The notes beneath the pieces are model-generated. The model did not search any database and was not told the origin of the DNA. It worked only from the letters and a program-made list of their open reading frames with translations. A stretch of DNA of 64,000 nucleotides from Desulfosudaceae bacterium. Lineage in GTDB: Bacteria; Desulfobacterota; Desulfobacteria; Desulfobacterales; Desulfosudaceae. Both the position numbers and the translations under genes were made by a program. Below, piece after piece: positions 1-10,365 of this stretch; the first letter of the stretch is position 1; each line of letters starts with the position of its first letter. The stretch lies in contig CAXXDV010000001.1 in the NCBI GenBank assembly GCA_963674745.2, positions 768,001 through 832,000 of the forward strand. The letters are read 5' to 3'.

Positions 1-150
1 ACTGATGTCTTCCCCATTAACCGTCGCTGCCGTGACATTATTCTGATCCCGAAAATTTCCGACCCCCATAAAGATAAAGGCCAGAACGATAATGGACAGG
101 ACGCCCTTGATTATCCATGACCCTGCTCTTTGACGCATAAATTGAAGCAT
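1..150 (-). CDS. ppiD: PpiD/SurA N-terminal-domain peptidyl-prolyl isomerase (5' part; runs off the window)
   Basis: Manual translation from ATG at 150 gives MLQFMRQRAGSWIIKGVLSIIVLAFIFMGVG...AATVNGEDIS, a typical PpiD N-terminus with a TM anchor and VNGE.I motif. Confidence 0.8.
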   Translation of the reverse strand, partial: MLQFMRQRAGSWIIKGVLSIIVLAFIFMGVGNFRDQNNVTAATVNGEDIS

Positions 151-513
151 TTTTTAACTACTCCTAAAATAAAGACACTGATATTATTCAGAATTGATAC
201 AATCACCAAGATTTTCACAACAGCAACAAACTGCTGATTTTTGTCCTCTTTTATTTATTATATCAAATAAATCAGGTCAAGCGATTTGCTTTCTTTTTGA
301 AAAGCACTATTTTTAATGTACGCTTAAAAATTCAAATCCTGGACGGAAATTTAAAGAACAAGAAACGCGGGTTAAATATATGTTTAATAGTTTCAAGTAC
401 TTACAAAGCAACTGAAACTCCCGAAAGTGTCCATCCGCCGCGGCAGCCTGTTATGGAGGATGGACAGCGAAACGCAGACATTGGACCTTATTACAGGGTC
501 ATCAGAGGTAAGT

Positions 514-1338
514 ATGCCGGAACTGCCGGAAGTAGAAACTGTTGTCAGAGGATTGCGCACCGCCATTATCGGAGAAACACTTTCCCGGGTGACCTGCCGG
601 TACCCTAAAATCAACTTGGACAACCCCGGAAACTGGCGACAGTCCTTGAAGGGGCAACAATTTCTGACTGTCCGGCGGAGAGGTAAAAATATTCTTATCG
701 ACCTGTCCGGCGGTTTGACCTTGTGGGTTCATCTGAAAATGACGGGCCATTTTTACCTGGCAGACCCGGCCGCACCGGTCGGCCGTCATGACCTGGTACT
801 TTTCGAATTGAAAAGTCAAGTCCGGCACCTGCGATATCAGGATACGCGACGATTCGGCCGCATCCGTCTTTTTCCCACCAAAACCGTCATGAGCCAGAAA
901 GGGCTGGCCGACCTCGGACCGGAACCACTTGAAATCAAAAGGCAGGATTTTCTGTCACTGATAAGTCGGTCCCGCCGTATGATCAAACCGGCGCTCCTGG
1001 ATCAACGCTTTCTGGCCGGCATCGGCAATATTTACGCCGACGAATCCCTTTTCCGGGCGAAAATCCATCCCCGGCAACTGACCTGCGACATTTCGACACG
1101 CAAAATAAACACGCTGTATGATGCCATGCGTGAGATATTGACCACAGCCATTGATAACATGGGCACCACGGTAGACACCTATGCCGGTATCAACGGTGAA
1201 TTTGGGGGCTTTCAATCTTATCTCCAGGCGTATGGGCGGGAAGGCGAGCCCTGCTTCCGGTGCGGCCGCTTGATCCAACGGGAAGTTATCGGGTCACGCT
1301 CATCCCATTTCTGCCCGCGCTGCCAAAAAAGCACCTGA
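514..1338 (+). CDS. mutM: Formamidopyrimidine-DNA glycosylase
   Basis: Starts MPELPEVETV at ATG 514; HLKMTG, D.RRFG, GIGNIYADE and C-terminal CxxC...CxxC zinc finger. Confidence 0.97.
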   Translation: MPELPEVETVVRGLRTAIIGETLSRVTCRYPKINLDNPGNWRQSLKGQQFLTVRRRGKNILIDLSGGLTLWVHLKMTGHFYLADPAAPVGRHDLVLFELKSQVRHLRYQDTRRFGRIRLFPTKTVMSQKGLADLGPEPLEIKRQDFLSLISRSRRMIKPALLDQRFLAGIGNIYADESLFRAKIHPRQLTCDISTRKINTLYDAMREILTTAIDNMGTTVDTYAGINGEFGGFQSYLQAYGREGEPCFRCGRLIQREVIGSRSSHFCPRCQKST

Positions 1339-1415
1339 TAATATGTTCTTTTCTTTGAGGGGGGCCTTAGAAAAAATATTATTGGTTTCCCTGAAAAGAA
1401 ACTCGGATTGGTTTA

Positions 1416-1500
1416 ATCCCGAAGGGATAAAGTCGTATAGCCGGTGGTTTTAACCACCGGAATAAGGGTATATATTATTATTCACGCCCTGAAGGGGCGT
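1416..1500. repeat. REP-like cluster of three short palindromes
   Basis: ATCCCGAAGGGAT (1416-1428), CCGGTGGTTTTAACCACCGG (1441-1460), ACGCCCTGAAGGGGCGT (1484-1500); first 28 nt recur at 44691-44718 (25/28 identical). Confidence 0.65.
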
Positions 1501-1584
1501 TGTATTTCTTTTTACGAAGCCATCAAGAACTATTTGACAGCGACTTGCCACTGCCCTTAATGTTTCCCCGAAGGAGATACGAAA

Positions 1585-2871
1585 ATGAAAAAAATGCTTT
1601 TGGCTATCACTTTTGTGATAATTTTCAGCCCGCCAATCCCGACGTCCGCCGGTGATAATGGGACCAATACGGTCAACCGTCTGTTTGATCCGGTAGTTGT
1701 CACCGGCAATGCCTGCCGCCTGACGGACCGACCGCCGGCTGATTACGGGTTATATGCGGTAAAAGACAATCAGCTGCGCCCTATCCCGTTTCAGATCGAC
1801 GAAAAAGATGCGGACGGGAATTTTGTCCTTACCCGGGGTAAAGTGGCATCCGCTGACGTTGACCCCGCTTTTGACGACAATGACGAACTGGTCTTCATGG
1901 CCATGGACGCCGGGGACAAGCTTTCCTGCAAAGACCTGTTGCCTGCAGGAAGTACGGACTGCGCCGAACTTGAAATAAACGATCCGGGAACCCTCAAAAA
2001 AACCTGGGTTTATCTTGTAACCAGTAACCGGCCACAGAAAAAATCCAATAGTGATTATGTCACCTATGATGACGACAAGCCTTCATTTGCCACCCGGAAC
2101 TATTCCGGCCGCTATGACGATGGCCATCCCGTGGGCGCCTGCCGGTATACCTTTGAACGAGGCGTCGACGGAGACGGCGACGACTTTATCGACCGCATTA
2201 AGATCAGATTAACCATGAGGTCAATAGGGGTAACACTTCATCGTTCCGAAGAGGACATCAAAGTCAAGGAACTGGGATATATCGACGGCCCGGTACGGGT
2301 AATCGTCTATTCGAAAAACGTCACCCCTCTGGTGCTGGGTATTCCCGCCAGTTCCACTAAGCAATATACCTATTATTATGATTCCTTTGCCGACTTTGCC
2401 TTTGCGGCATCGTTTCCCTTAAAACCGGGCTTTTTCCGGGCCACGGTTATCGACGATTTTAAAAACGCCAAAGGCTGGACATTTTACAATTCAAACAATC
2501 CCCGCGGGCATGTAATCGACGGCAAAATGGACGACAGCGACAAGGCCCTGGACCGGTCGACATGGTCCTGGAGCGCCCTTGACAACGGCAAACAGTGCTT
2601 CTGGTCGGTGTGGACGGCCCCGCCCGGGTGCCCGGTAAAAGCCGCGCTCTATTTTAACGACGATGAGTCAGCTAAAGACGAACTGGAAGACGATAGGGGT
2701 GAGCTGCCCGGGATCGGCTTTGATTTTAACACCGGCTGGGACCGGCTTGAGGCGGACAGCGTGGAACTGCGCCTGGTCCATTTTTATACCCGGGCATACC
2801 ACAAGGGCATGGAAAAGGAAATCCGCAACGTGTTTGACGCACCGTTGCAGGTGACGTCAAACATTCTTTAG
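1585..2871 (+). CDS. Secreted hypothetical protein
   Basis: 428 aa, AAGGAG SD, N-terminal signal peptide, Asp-rich; no recognised catalytic motif. Confidence 0.8.
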   Translation: MKKMLLAITFVIIFSPPIPTSAGDNGTNTVNRLFDPVVVTGNACRLTDRPPADYGLYAVKDNQLRPIPFQIDEKDADGNFVLTRGKVASADVDPAFDDNDELVFMAMDAGDKLSCKDLLPAGSTDCAELEINDPGTLKKTWVYLVTSNRPQKKSNSDYVTYDDDKPSFATRNYSGRYDDGHPVGACRYTFERGVDGDGDDFIDRIKIRLTMRSIGVTLHRSEEDIKVKELGYIDGPVRVIVYSKNVTPLVLGIPASSTKQYTYYYDSFADFAFAASFPLKPGFFRATVIDDFKNAKGWTFYNSNNPRGHVIDGKMDDSDKALDRSTWSWSALDNGKQCFWSVWTAPPGCPVKAALYFNDDESAKDELEDDRGELPGIGFDFNTGWDRLEADSVELRLVHFYTRAYHKGMEKEIRNVFDAPLQVTSNIL

Positions 2872-2884
2872 ATTTTATTGTGTA

Positions 2885-2907
2885 CTTTTCTTTGCGCCAA
2901 AGAAAAG
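2885..2907. terminator. Hairpin between convergent genes; also a copy of a dispersed repeat end
   Basis: CTTTTCTTTG-CGC-CAAAGAAAAG; related sequences at 42828-42850 and 44771-44793. Confidence 0.55.
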
Positions 2908-2911
2908 AAGA

Positions 2912-4009
2912 TCAACTCGCGTCCCGGGACCGGCTGGAAAACAGCACCAGGCACAACAAAACAAAAAACGCCAGGGTCGCGGCAACCGCCGCGGCGCGAT
3001 AATAATACCCCAGCGGCGCCAACACCAACGCTGAAACCCAGTGCAGGATAATCACCCCCCGGGAGTGCAACCGGATGGGAAAATCATCATACCGGCAGAT
3101 CACGGCCAGTCCGCACAGGTTCCAGCCGTAAAGCGATGTATAGGCATGCAGCTTCATCAGCCAGTGATATTTTTCCGGCGTATATCCGGGTAAGGCTTCG
3201 GCGATAATGTAAGCGAGACCGGAAATCGCGGTGACCATTAAAAAACAGACACCGGAGCTTAAAAAGTTCTTCTGCTGGATATTTTCGCCCAGCCGGTAAT
3301 AAAGCACAAAGGTCATCACCACCGCGGCAAACAACAGAACGGTGACGAATATCTGGGGCGGAAAAGATTCCAGAAGAATAAACACAAAAAAAATGATGAC
3401 GCCCAGGTTGATTGTCCAGAAGGCGGCCTCCTTCATCACCCGGACGGGGCTCTGGTCGGCTTTATCCAGAAAAGAGAAAATCACGGAAAGCGTGATCAAT
3501 GATACGGGAAACGAGTATCCCAGAAAAAACACGTCCAGTTCAAGCTTATGGATCTGTATCAGTTTCAGATACTCGTTGTTGATCACCACGGCCGTGGAAA
3601 AGACCAGCCCGATGGAAAGACAAAGCAGGGCCGCCTGATGGAATTTCCTGCTGATCGGCTCATTTCGGCTGAAGAACCCGAAGGGGAATAAGGTGAACTT
3701 TCGAATGCGAAAAGCCTCGACCATGGCAGCCAGAGACAGAGACAGGACAATGGACGGCAGATAGCATTTGAAAAACACGAGAATAGCATATGCCATGGAC
3801 AAGACCAGAAAGACCGTCGCGCTTGCCGAAAGGGTCTTCCGGCCCTGGGTGAAATACATAATGATGGTACCGCCGGCACAGAGGTTAAACAGAAAAATAT
3901 GCAACCGCTGAAAATCATACGGGGCAACATCGACAAACAGATGCATAAAACCGAAAATCAGGGCCGACAGTATCAGCAGGAAAAAAACAACTCTTAATTG
4001 TGTACTCAT
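2912..4009 (-). CDS. Polytopic membrane protein of unknown function
   Basis: 365 aa with many hydrophobic helices; 3 nt downstream of the TIGR01777-like gene. Confidence 0.8.
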   Translation of the reverse strand: MSTQLRVVFFLLILSALIFGFMHLFVDVAPYDFQRLHIFLFNLCAGGTIIMYFTQGRKTLSASATVFLVLSMAYAILVFFKCYLPSIVLSLSLAAMVEAFRIRKFTLFPFGFFSRNEPISRKFHQAALLCLSIGLVFSTAVVINNEYLKLIQIHKLELDVFFLGYSFPVSLITLSVIFSFLDKADQSPVRVMKEAAFWTINLGVIIFFVFILLESFPPQIFVTVLLFAAVVMTFVLYYRLGENIQQKNFLSSGVCFLMVTAISGLAYIIAEALPGYTPEKYHWLMKLHAYTSLYGWNLCGLAVICRYDDFPIRLHSRGVIILHWVSALVLAPLGYYYRAAAVAATLAFFVLLCLVLFSSRSRDAS

Positions 4010-4012
4010 TTT

Positions 4013-5416
4013 TCAGCTCAACTTTCCAAGTGCGTGTTGCAGGTACGGATACAATTCCGGGTATTGAAAGGGATAATTGATTTTCAGCAATTGTTCCGGG
4101 TCGACCCGGGTACCGGCCAGAGCCACTTCTTTGCCCATCTCGCCGAAGGCCGCCTTGATCATCACGGCCGGAACCGGCAGTATCGCCGGACGCGACAGTG
4201 CCCGTCCCAGGATGCGGGTAAAGTCGCCGTTGGTGACCGGGTTCGGTGCGACAAGATTGACCGGGCCGGAAACATCCGGGCGCATCAATAGATGATAGAC
4301 AGCACCCACGGCATCGTCCATGCCGATCCAGCTTAAATACTGCCGCCCTGAAGCGATCCGGCCGCCAAGCCCCATTTGAAACAGGGGCAGCATCTTTTTC
4401 AACGCGCCCCCTTCCGGGGTCAGCACGACGCCGATACGCATATGAACGACGCGGATACCGGCCTCAACCGCGGACCCGGCCGCATCCTCCCATTGCCGGC
4501 AGACATCACTGATAAAGTCATTGCCCGGTTCGGCGGATTCGTTCATAACATCATCGCCACGATCACCATAAAAACCGATGGCCGAAGCCGACAGCAGGGT
4601 CTGGGGTCTTGAACTCAGCTTCGCCATGGTGGTGGCAATCAGGCTGGTGCCGTTTACCCGGCTGTCGACAATGACCTTCTTTTTCGCCGGTGTCCAGCGT
4701 CCCTGGCCGATATTTTCGCCGGCCAGATGGATGACCGCGTCCGGGCGTGCGGCTTCAATTCCTTCAAAATCGATTTTACCGGCGGCCGGGGCCCAGAAAA
4801 CTTCATCCTCATTTTTCGGCTGTCGCCGGACCAGTTTGACCACCCGGTGCCCGCCGGTGGTCAGAAAAGGTACCAGCCGGGAACCGATCACACCACCGGC
4901 ACCGCTGACAAGGACTGTCTGCCGGGGCCGGTCGGCAAAAGTTTGATGAAGGGCCAGGTCGGCAGCCGTCAACCGATGTCGAAAGGCAAAAATCCGGTTC
5001 AACTGCCCTCTGATTATCGGTCCTGCCAGAGGATGCGAAATAACGTCCAACGGCATTTTAAACTGCACGGTATCCTTGAGCCGGCACCGGTGGTCTCCAA
5101 CAGCTTCAAAAGCATGGGTATGCGTCCATTCGGCAAAAGGGCCCCGCACCATTTCATCCTCAAACAGCCGGTTCTCCTTATACCGGGTATGGCGGGCCTG
5201 CCATAAATACGGCACCGGCCCGGCTTTCATGCGCAACACGACCCGTGCACCGGGCAGGATACCGCCTTCCCGGCTGACGACCTCGAGGGGATCCCAGGGA
5301 GGGCTCAACCGCTCAATGGCCCCGGGACGGGCGTGCCAGGCAAAGGCTTCTTTTACATTTACGTCCAGCAGGGACGCCCATTCAAATTTTTCCAAGTACC
5401 TATCCTTTCTGAACAA
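4013..5416 (-). CDS. SRPBCC domain fused to a TIGR01777/YfcH-like NAD-dependent epimerase-family protein
   Basis: N-terminal [16 protein letters not shown]...[19 protein letters not shown] Rossmann motif; [15 protein letters not shown]; start codon uncertain. Confidence 0.88.
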   Translation of the reverse strand: MFRKDRYLEKFEWASLLDVNVKEAFAWHARPGAIERLSPPWDPLEVVSREGGILPGARVVLRMKAGPVPYLWQARHTRYKENRLFEDEMVRGPFAEWTHTHAFEAVGDHRCRLKDTVQFKMPLDVISHPLAGPIIRGQLNRIFAFRHRLTAADLALHQTFADRPRQTVLVSGAGGVIGSRLVPFLTTGGHRVVKLVRRQPKNEDEVFWAPAAGKIDFEGIEAARPDAVIHLAGENIGQGRWTPAKKKVIVDSRVNGTSLIATTMAKLSSRPQTLLSASAIGFYGDRGDDVMNESAEPGNDFISDVCRQWEDAAGSAVEAGIRVVHMRIGVVLTPEGGALKKMLPLFQMGLGGRIASGRQYLSWIGMDDAVGAVYHLLMRPDVSGPVNLVAPNPVTNGDFTRILGRALSRPAILPVPAVMIKAAFGEMGKEVALAGTRVDPEQLLKINYPFQYPELYPYLQHALGKLS

Positions 5417-7415
5417 AGCTGCAGGGACTGATCAGCATTCTGTCCGCCATATCCGGATCGGTTGAGGCCAGCAGACAAAAGGACTCCCGGTTCTTTTTGT
5501 TACCGATGACGGCGATCAGATCGCCCGGCATCAACACAAAGTCCGCGTCCGGATTGGATCGCAGCCGTTTTTCCCGGACAACACCGACAATGGAGGCGCC
5601 GGTCTGCTTTCGTATCTCACTCCCACCGATGGTGCGGCCGGCAAGTGGACTTTTGGGGTTAAGATGAAACCATTGCAGATCAAACTGCTGTTCGGCCGCT
5701 CGAAGATGAGAAAGGGTCTGGTAATCCGTGTTTCCCGTAAACAGTCGGGCATAAAGCTCCTGCCGAATGGTATCCGTATAGCGCTGGATTTCAGTGGCCG
5801 GCACGTGAAGATGAATCAGGGACTGGCGGGCCATTTCCATACTGGCTTCAAATTCCGGCAGCACCACCGCCGACACTCCCAGTTCCTTGAACAGCGGGAG
5901 GTAGTCGACTCCGGGGGCTCTGGCGACGATCTGCAGGTCCGGGTTCATGCGCCGGGCATGGTTGATGACCGTTCTGGCCGCCACCAGCCCGGGAACCGCC
6001 AGCACCAGCAAAGAAGCCTGCTTTATCCCGGCCGCTTCGAGCACGATTTCCTGGCCGGCATCGCCGTAAACCGCCGCCATATTGTTTTTTACGGCCTGTT
6101 CGAAGCGGTGATGATCCAGTTCAATAATCACAAACGGCATTTCCAGACGTTTCAACACCTGTGCCACCTGAAAGCCGATTCGTCCACCGCCGGCGATGAC
6201 CACGTGACCGATGAAACCGTCCTCCGGTACATTGGACACGTCCAGGGCTTCGTGTTTGAACCAGCGTTTTCTTAAGGCATATATCCGGCTGGTCTGGCCG
6301 GAAACAAACGGTGTCATCACCATGGTCAGAACGGCTGCGGTTAATATCAACGAATAAAGATCATGGCCGATGGAATTGGTCGACAACCCCACCCTGGCCA
6401 GGACAAACTCGAATTCACCGATCTGAAACAGCCCCAGGCCGACGGCCAGGGGAATGACATTCCGGTAATTGAACAAGCGTGCGACAAAAGCGAATATCAG
6501 CCCCTTACCAAGGCTGACCGCAAGGACGAGGATAATGATCTGGGAGAAATGGCTGAACAGATAAGAAAGGTCAAACAGCATGCCGACCGATGTAAAAAAC
6601 AGCAGGCCGAACAGATCCCGCAAGGGAATGATATCACTCAAGGCCTGATGTCCGTAATCGGATTCGCTTAAAACCATCCCGGCCACAAAGGCACCGAAAG
6701 AAAATGACAGGCCGGCCAGGTGCGTAATATACCCCACGCCCAGGCCGATGGCGGTGATGGCCAGCAGGAACAGTTCCCGGGATTCCAGCCTGGCGATATG
6801 GGCCATCAACCGCGGCAGAAGCCGGGTACCCAGCAGAATCATGCCCGCGATGAAAGCGCCGGCCTTTAGGGCCGCGAATCCGATTACCGGCAGCCCGGCC
6901 GAAGGATCATTCAATTGCGGCAGAATGATCATCATGGGGATGACCGCCAGGTCCTGGACAATGAGCATGCCGATCATGACCTTGCTGGAAAGTGTGCCCA
7001 TCCAGCCCTGGTTCATCAGGGTTTTTAACAAAACCATGGTGCTGGACAGGGAAACCAGAGCCCCCAGCCAAAGGCTGGTGTGCCAGTCCCAACCGAACAC
7101 ACGACCGATACTTATGCCCAGGCCGATGGTCAGAGTCAACTGGATGGGAGTACCGACCACGGCAACCATTTTGACGGGCTTTAAATCTTTAAGTGAAAAT
7201 TCAAGTCCCAGGGCAAACAGCAGCAGGGCGATACCGATTTCGGCCAGCAGTTCAATTTCATGGATATTGGTGATCGTCCATCCGCCGGTATAGGGTCCCA
7301 GAATAATACCTGCCAGGATATACCCCAGGATCAGGGGCTGGCCCAGGCGCTGCATCACCAGGCCGCAAAAAAAAGCGGCCACGATCAGCATGATTATGTC
7401 GGTAGCGATTCCCAT
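5400..7415 (-). CDS. CPA2 cation:proton antiporter (Kef/YbaL-like) with TrkA-N and TrkA-C domains
   Basis: [35 protein letters not shown] and YGDA motifs; C-terminal RCK_C-like segment. Confidence 0.92.
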   Translation of the reverse strand: MGIATDIIMLIVAAFFCGLVMQRLGQPLILGYILAGIILGPYTGGWTITNIHEIELLAEIGIALLLFALGLEFSLKDLKPVKMVAVVGTPIQLTLTIGLGISIGRVFGWDWHTSLWLGALVSLSSTMVLLKTLMNQGWMGTLSSKVMIGMLIVQDLAVIPMMIILPQLNDPSAGLPVIGFAALKAGAFIAGMILLGTRLLPRLMAHIARLESRELFLLAITAIGLGVGYITHLAGLSFSFGAFVAGMVLSESDYGHQALSDIIPLRDLFGLLFFTSVGMLFDLSYLFSHFSQIIILVLAVSLGKGLIFAFVARLFNYRNVIPLAVGLGLFQIGEFEFVLARVGLSTNSIGHDLYSLILTAAVLTMVMTPFVSGQTSRIYALRKRWFKHEALDVSNVPEDGFIGHVVIAGGGRIGFQVAQVLKRLEMPFVIIELDHHRFEQAVKNNMAAVYGDAGQEIVLEAAGIKQASLLVLAVPGLVAARTVINHARRMNPDLQIVARAPGVDYLPLFKELGVSAVVLPEFEASMEMARQSLIHLHVPATEIQRYTDTIRQELYARLFTGNTDYQTLSHLRAAEQQFDLQWFHLNPKSPLAGRTIGGSEIRKQTGASIVGVVREKRLRSNPDADFVLMPGDLIAVIGNKKNRESFCLLASTDPDMADRMLISPCSFVQKG

Positions 7416-7546
7416 CGGACAGGCTTTTCTTCAAGTATCAATCAACCGTTTGCGGGCTTACCCGTTTTAAAATACCTTACCGGCGCTAAATACACAAGAT
7501 CACAGGCACGTTTTAACTGGTTTTTTTGGAAGCGAACCGCCATGAA

Positions 7547-7572
7547 GTAGGGCAACCCCCTGTGGTTGCCCG
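7547..7572 (+). repeat. Single GTAG-type REP
   Basis: GTAGGGCAACCCCCTGTGGTTGCCCG; same family as the doublets at 37714, 42954, 59301, 60421 and 61279. Confidence 0.75.
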
Positions 7573-7669
7573 CTAGACAATAACAGCCGTTTTGTTGCTT
7601 CGATGGGATTAAAATGTTAAAGAATATAATTATCTGTCATTCGATACCATCTGTTTTGTTACCAAAAAA

Positions 7670-8293
7670 ATGCTTGGAAGACTTATGAACAAGGACAGAG
7701 TTGAAAAGCGCAGAAACGAAATCCTGGCCGCTGCCTTTGAAGTGTTTGCCGAAAAGGGTTATCATGCCACCAAAATTTCCGATATCGCTGAAAAGCTGAA
7801 AATCGGTCATGGCACTTTTTACCGATATTTCAAAAACAAACTGGACATCTTTTCCGCTGTTCTCGACAATGTGTTTATCGAACTGATTTCCGCCATCTCG
7901 GATGAGCCGCCCGATCTGACAGATGATCTTGAGTCCTACCGTTGTCAGATCCGTCGCATCGGCGGAAAAATGTTTTCAGTTTTCTCAAAAGACAAACGGC
8001 TGGCCAAAATCGTTTTTTACGAGATTATCGGTGTTCACCCTGAAATAAACGAAAAGTTCGAAAAGGTCCTGGATTCCTTTGACAGCTATACCGAACAATA
8101 TTTTATCAACGGCATCAATAAGGGCTTCTTAAAAGAGAACATGGACACCCGGATGATTGCCCGGGCCGTGAATTCCCTTATTTTTGCTTCCGCCCGGGAC
8201 ATGGTTATTGCTGATGAGCCGGGAAACATTGTCGAGCGCTGGACAGAGACCATCATTCTCATGATGCTGGATGGTATGGCAAAAAAAACATAA
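7670..8293 (+). CDS. TetR/AcrR family transcriptional regulator
   Basis: ILAAAFEVFAEKGYHATKISDIAEKLKIGHGTFYRYFKNK helix-turn-helix. Confidence 0.95.
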   Translation: MLGRLMNKDRVEKRRNEILAAAFEVFAEKGYHATKISDIAEKLKIGHGTFYRYFKNKLDIFSAVLDNVFIELISAISDEPPDLTDDLESYRCQIRRIGGKMFSVFSKDKRLAKIVFYEIIGVHPEINEKFEKVLDSFDSYTEQYFINGINKGFLKENMDTRMIARAVNSLIFASARDMVIADEPGNIVERWTETIILMMLDGMAKKT

Positions 8294-8315
8294 ACGAGAG
8301 GGAACGCTTTTTTTA

Positions 8316-8343
8316 TTGACAAAAACGGAATGACGTGTCATTC
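8316..8343 (+). promoter_or_regulatory. Sigma70 -35 element with a palindromic TetR-type operator
   Basis: TTGACA at 8316-8321; GAATGAC-GT-GTCATTC at 8328-8343. Confidence 0.65.
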
Positions 8344-8421
8344 TTTTTTTTAAGACCGTTAACCATCACATAAAAACGAAAAAAGCTATAAAGCCATCAT
8401 AATTGCTAAAAGGAGGATATC

Positions 8422-9264
8422 ATGGTCCAAGTCGATGTTGTCTGGGGGTATGCTTTTGGCGCGACCTTCGCAGCCTGTGCCGCGCGGCAACTGGAAAAAG
8501 AAGACAAGCCCTTTCTCAACAAATGGTATGTTTTTACCCTGCTCTTTCTGTCGATTCTCTTCGCCCCTTCCGGGCTTTACCTTTTATGGGAACACACCCA
8601 GTGGGAAACCATGCAGGTGGCCAAAACCTTCACTGATCTGCCTGCCTGGCTGGTGGCCGGTTTCGCGGTCACCAACATCACGCAGGGCATTCTGGGCTAC
8701 TGGGTATCATTCAAGCTGATTAAGAAAGGCAACTATTACGGCGCCCACGTCAACTGGATGGTGGCCTGGATCCTGTTCTGGTTCATCCTGGTCTGTGGCT
8801 GGGATTGCACCGGCTACCAGCGCTTCCTTTATGACATGAGCGTGCACAACGGTGAGCTATGGGCGCCGGGCAAGCATATGGGCATAAGCTTCTTTTATGC
8901 CAGCCGGGTCTGGTGGACGCTGGTGGTCATGGCGATATTTTTCGCCCCCATGCTGCTTCACGGCTATATCAGTGCCGTGCGCGAGGGGCTGAAAGCCGAT
9001 CCGTCCATACCGGCTGAGAAAGTACCCGGACCGATTCGCATCGTTCTCGTTTCCATGGGCGCCCAGTGGGTGGCCTGTTTGGGGTTGGCGATCATCGCCG
9101 CGTTGGTCGTCATGGGTTTCCGGAATTTGACCGGCAGCATTCTGATGGGCTACATTATCGGCGTCCCGGTTTTTTGTATCGTTTCCTACTTTGTGCTTTT
9201 CAGGCGGGGCATGCCCATGTACCTGATTGCCAAACAGCTGTTCATCGCGGAACCTGGAAAATAA
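8422..9264 (+). CDS. Membrane protein of unknown function
   Basis: 280 aa, AAGGAGG SD, multiple Trp-rich TM helices. Confidence 0.85.
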   Translation: MVQVDVVWGYAFGATFAACAARQLEKEDKPFLNKWYVFTLLFLSILFAPSGLYLLWEHTQWETMQVAKTFTDLPAWLVAGFAVTNITQGILGYWVSFKLIKKGNYYGAHVNWMVAWILFWFILVCGWDCTGYQRFLYDMSVHNGELWAPGKHMGISFFYASRVWWTLVVMAIFFAPMLLHGYISAVREGLKADPSIPAEKVPGPIRIVLVSMGAQWVACLGLAIIAALVVMGFRNLTGSILMGYIIGVPVFCIVSYFVLFRRGMPMYLIAKQLFIAEPGK

Positions 9265-9293
9265 AAGTCCGGAGGGTCCGAGGGGTTAATAAT

Positions 9294-9326
9294 ACAAGGC
9301 CCCGCCAACCTTTGACGGGGCCTTGT
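9294..9326. terminator. Probable intrinsic terminator between convergent genes
   Basis: ACAAGGCCCCG...CGGGGCCTTGT 11-bp stem. Confidence 0.6.
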
Positions 9327-9360
9327 GCTGTTTTGAAACGTTCTTATTCGGGTTGAAACG

Positions 9361-10107
9361 TTACCGCCCGGAGACATGCAGGAACTTCGTGCGCTTGCAA
9401 ACCAACCGGACCACCATAAAAAAGGCCAGGTTCAGCGCCAGCAGATAAACCCAGACTTTAACGGAGGCAAACGAATATGCCGGGTGACCATGACTGACAA
9501 GCTGCAGAACGATAAAGGAAAAAATCGTCATGGCGGCTGTCTGGTACTCGCTTTTTAAAGCGGTTCTCCAGGAAAACGGGATCTCCGGCGGGCGCCGGTT
9601 ACGGAACACCGGCACAAAGACAGGGGTGACCTCCGCCCATTTGGTATATGTTTCTCCGAATTTGTTCAGCAGAAAATCTTCTTCGGCCAGGATAATCCGC
9701 TCATAATGCAACCAGAACCCCAGGGCGTAAATCACCACCAGCCACCATAATGAAAACATCATGACAATGCCCAGTGCGATCAGGAAATTACCCAGGTAAA
9801 GCGGGTTTCGCGTCAAAGAATATAGGCCGGTGGTATTAAGCGTATCCGCCACCTGCCCTTTCTGCCCGTTCCGTCCGGAAGTCCGCCTGGCTCTGCACCC
9901 GATGGCATAGGCCCGGAGGGCCAGGCCAATCAGGGAAACCGCAAAGCAAACCGCGTCCCAACCCCAACCGAAAAAATGAACATTCCCGGAATACAGGTGT
10001 TGATAAAAGGCAAACAATACCATGGGAATGCCAAGAACAGATGCATACATGCCTCTTTTCCGGAACAGGCGGTTACCCTGAACAACCATTTTGTCACGAA
10101 GCAACAT
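9361..10107 (-). CDS. LmtA-like lipid A phosphate O-methyltransferase (ICMT/PEMT membrane methyltransferase family)
   Basis: QGNRLFRKR, RTSGRN, QVADTLNTTGLYSLTRNPLYLGNF, YERIILAEEDFL match my recollection of Leptospira LmtA; ATG 10107 has an AAAGGA SD. Confidence 0.75.
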   Translation of the reverse strand: MLLRDKMVVQGNRLFRKRGMYASVLGIPMVLFAFYQHLYSGNVHFFGWGWDAVCFAVSLIGLALRAYAIGCRARRTSGRNGQKGQVADTLNTTGLYSLTRNPLYLGNFLIALGIVMMFSLWWLVVIYALGFWLHYERIILAEEDFLLNKFGETYTKWAEVTPVFVPVFRNRRPPEIPFSWRTALKSEYQTAAMTIFSFIVLQLVSHGHPAYSFASVKVWVYLLALNLAFFMVVRLVCKRTKFLHVSGR

Positions 10108-10218
10108 GGAAAAATCCTTTCTAAACAAAGGAATACCTGGTATTTTGGAAGAGATTTTGGAAAAATCGTCTTAAAAACATATTCGGAAAAAATGCTCTCG
10201 CCAACCTGCTAATCCTTT

Positions 10219-10285
10219 AACATATACCAGACAAAAATTACCGGAAGCTTATGGCAACATTACCATTTGGCAATGTTGCCATAAG
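10219..10285. promoter_or_regulatory. Divergent promoter with response-regulator box (site A)
   Basis: 38-bp palindrome CTTATGGCAACATTACCA-TT-TGGCAATGTTGCCATAAG (10248-10285, 17/18 arm match); extra ATTACC half-site at 10237-10242. Confidence 0.75.
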
Positions 10286-10365
10286 AAGTTTGATTTTATC
10301 TTTAAAAAGCGCTACAAAAATATCAAATTATCTATTATAACATAAAGCCAAACAGATTCAACATC

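Noticed and set aside
4013..5416. SRPBCC-epimerase fusion as a novelty
   Set aside because: This architecture is already familiar among TIGR01777-family proteins
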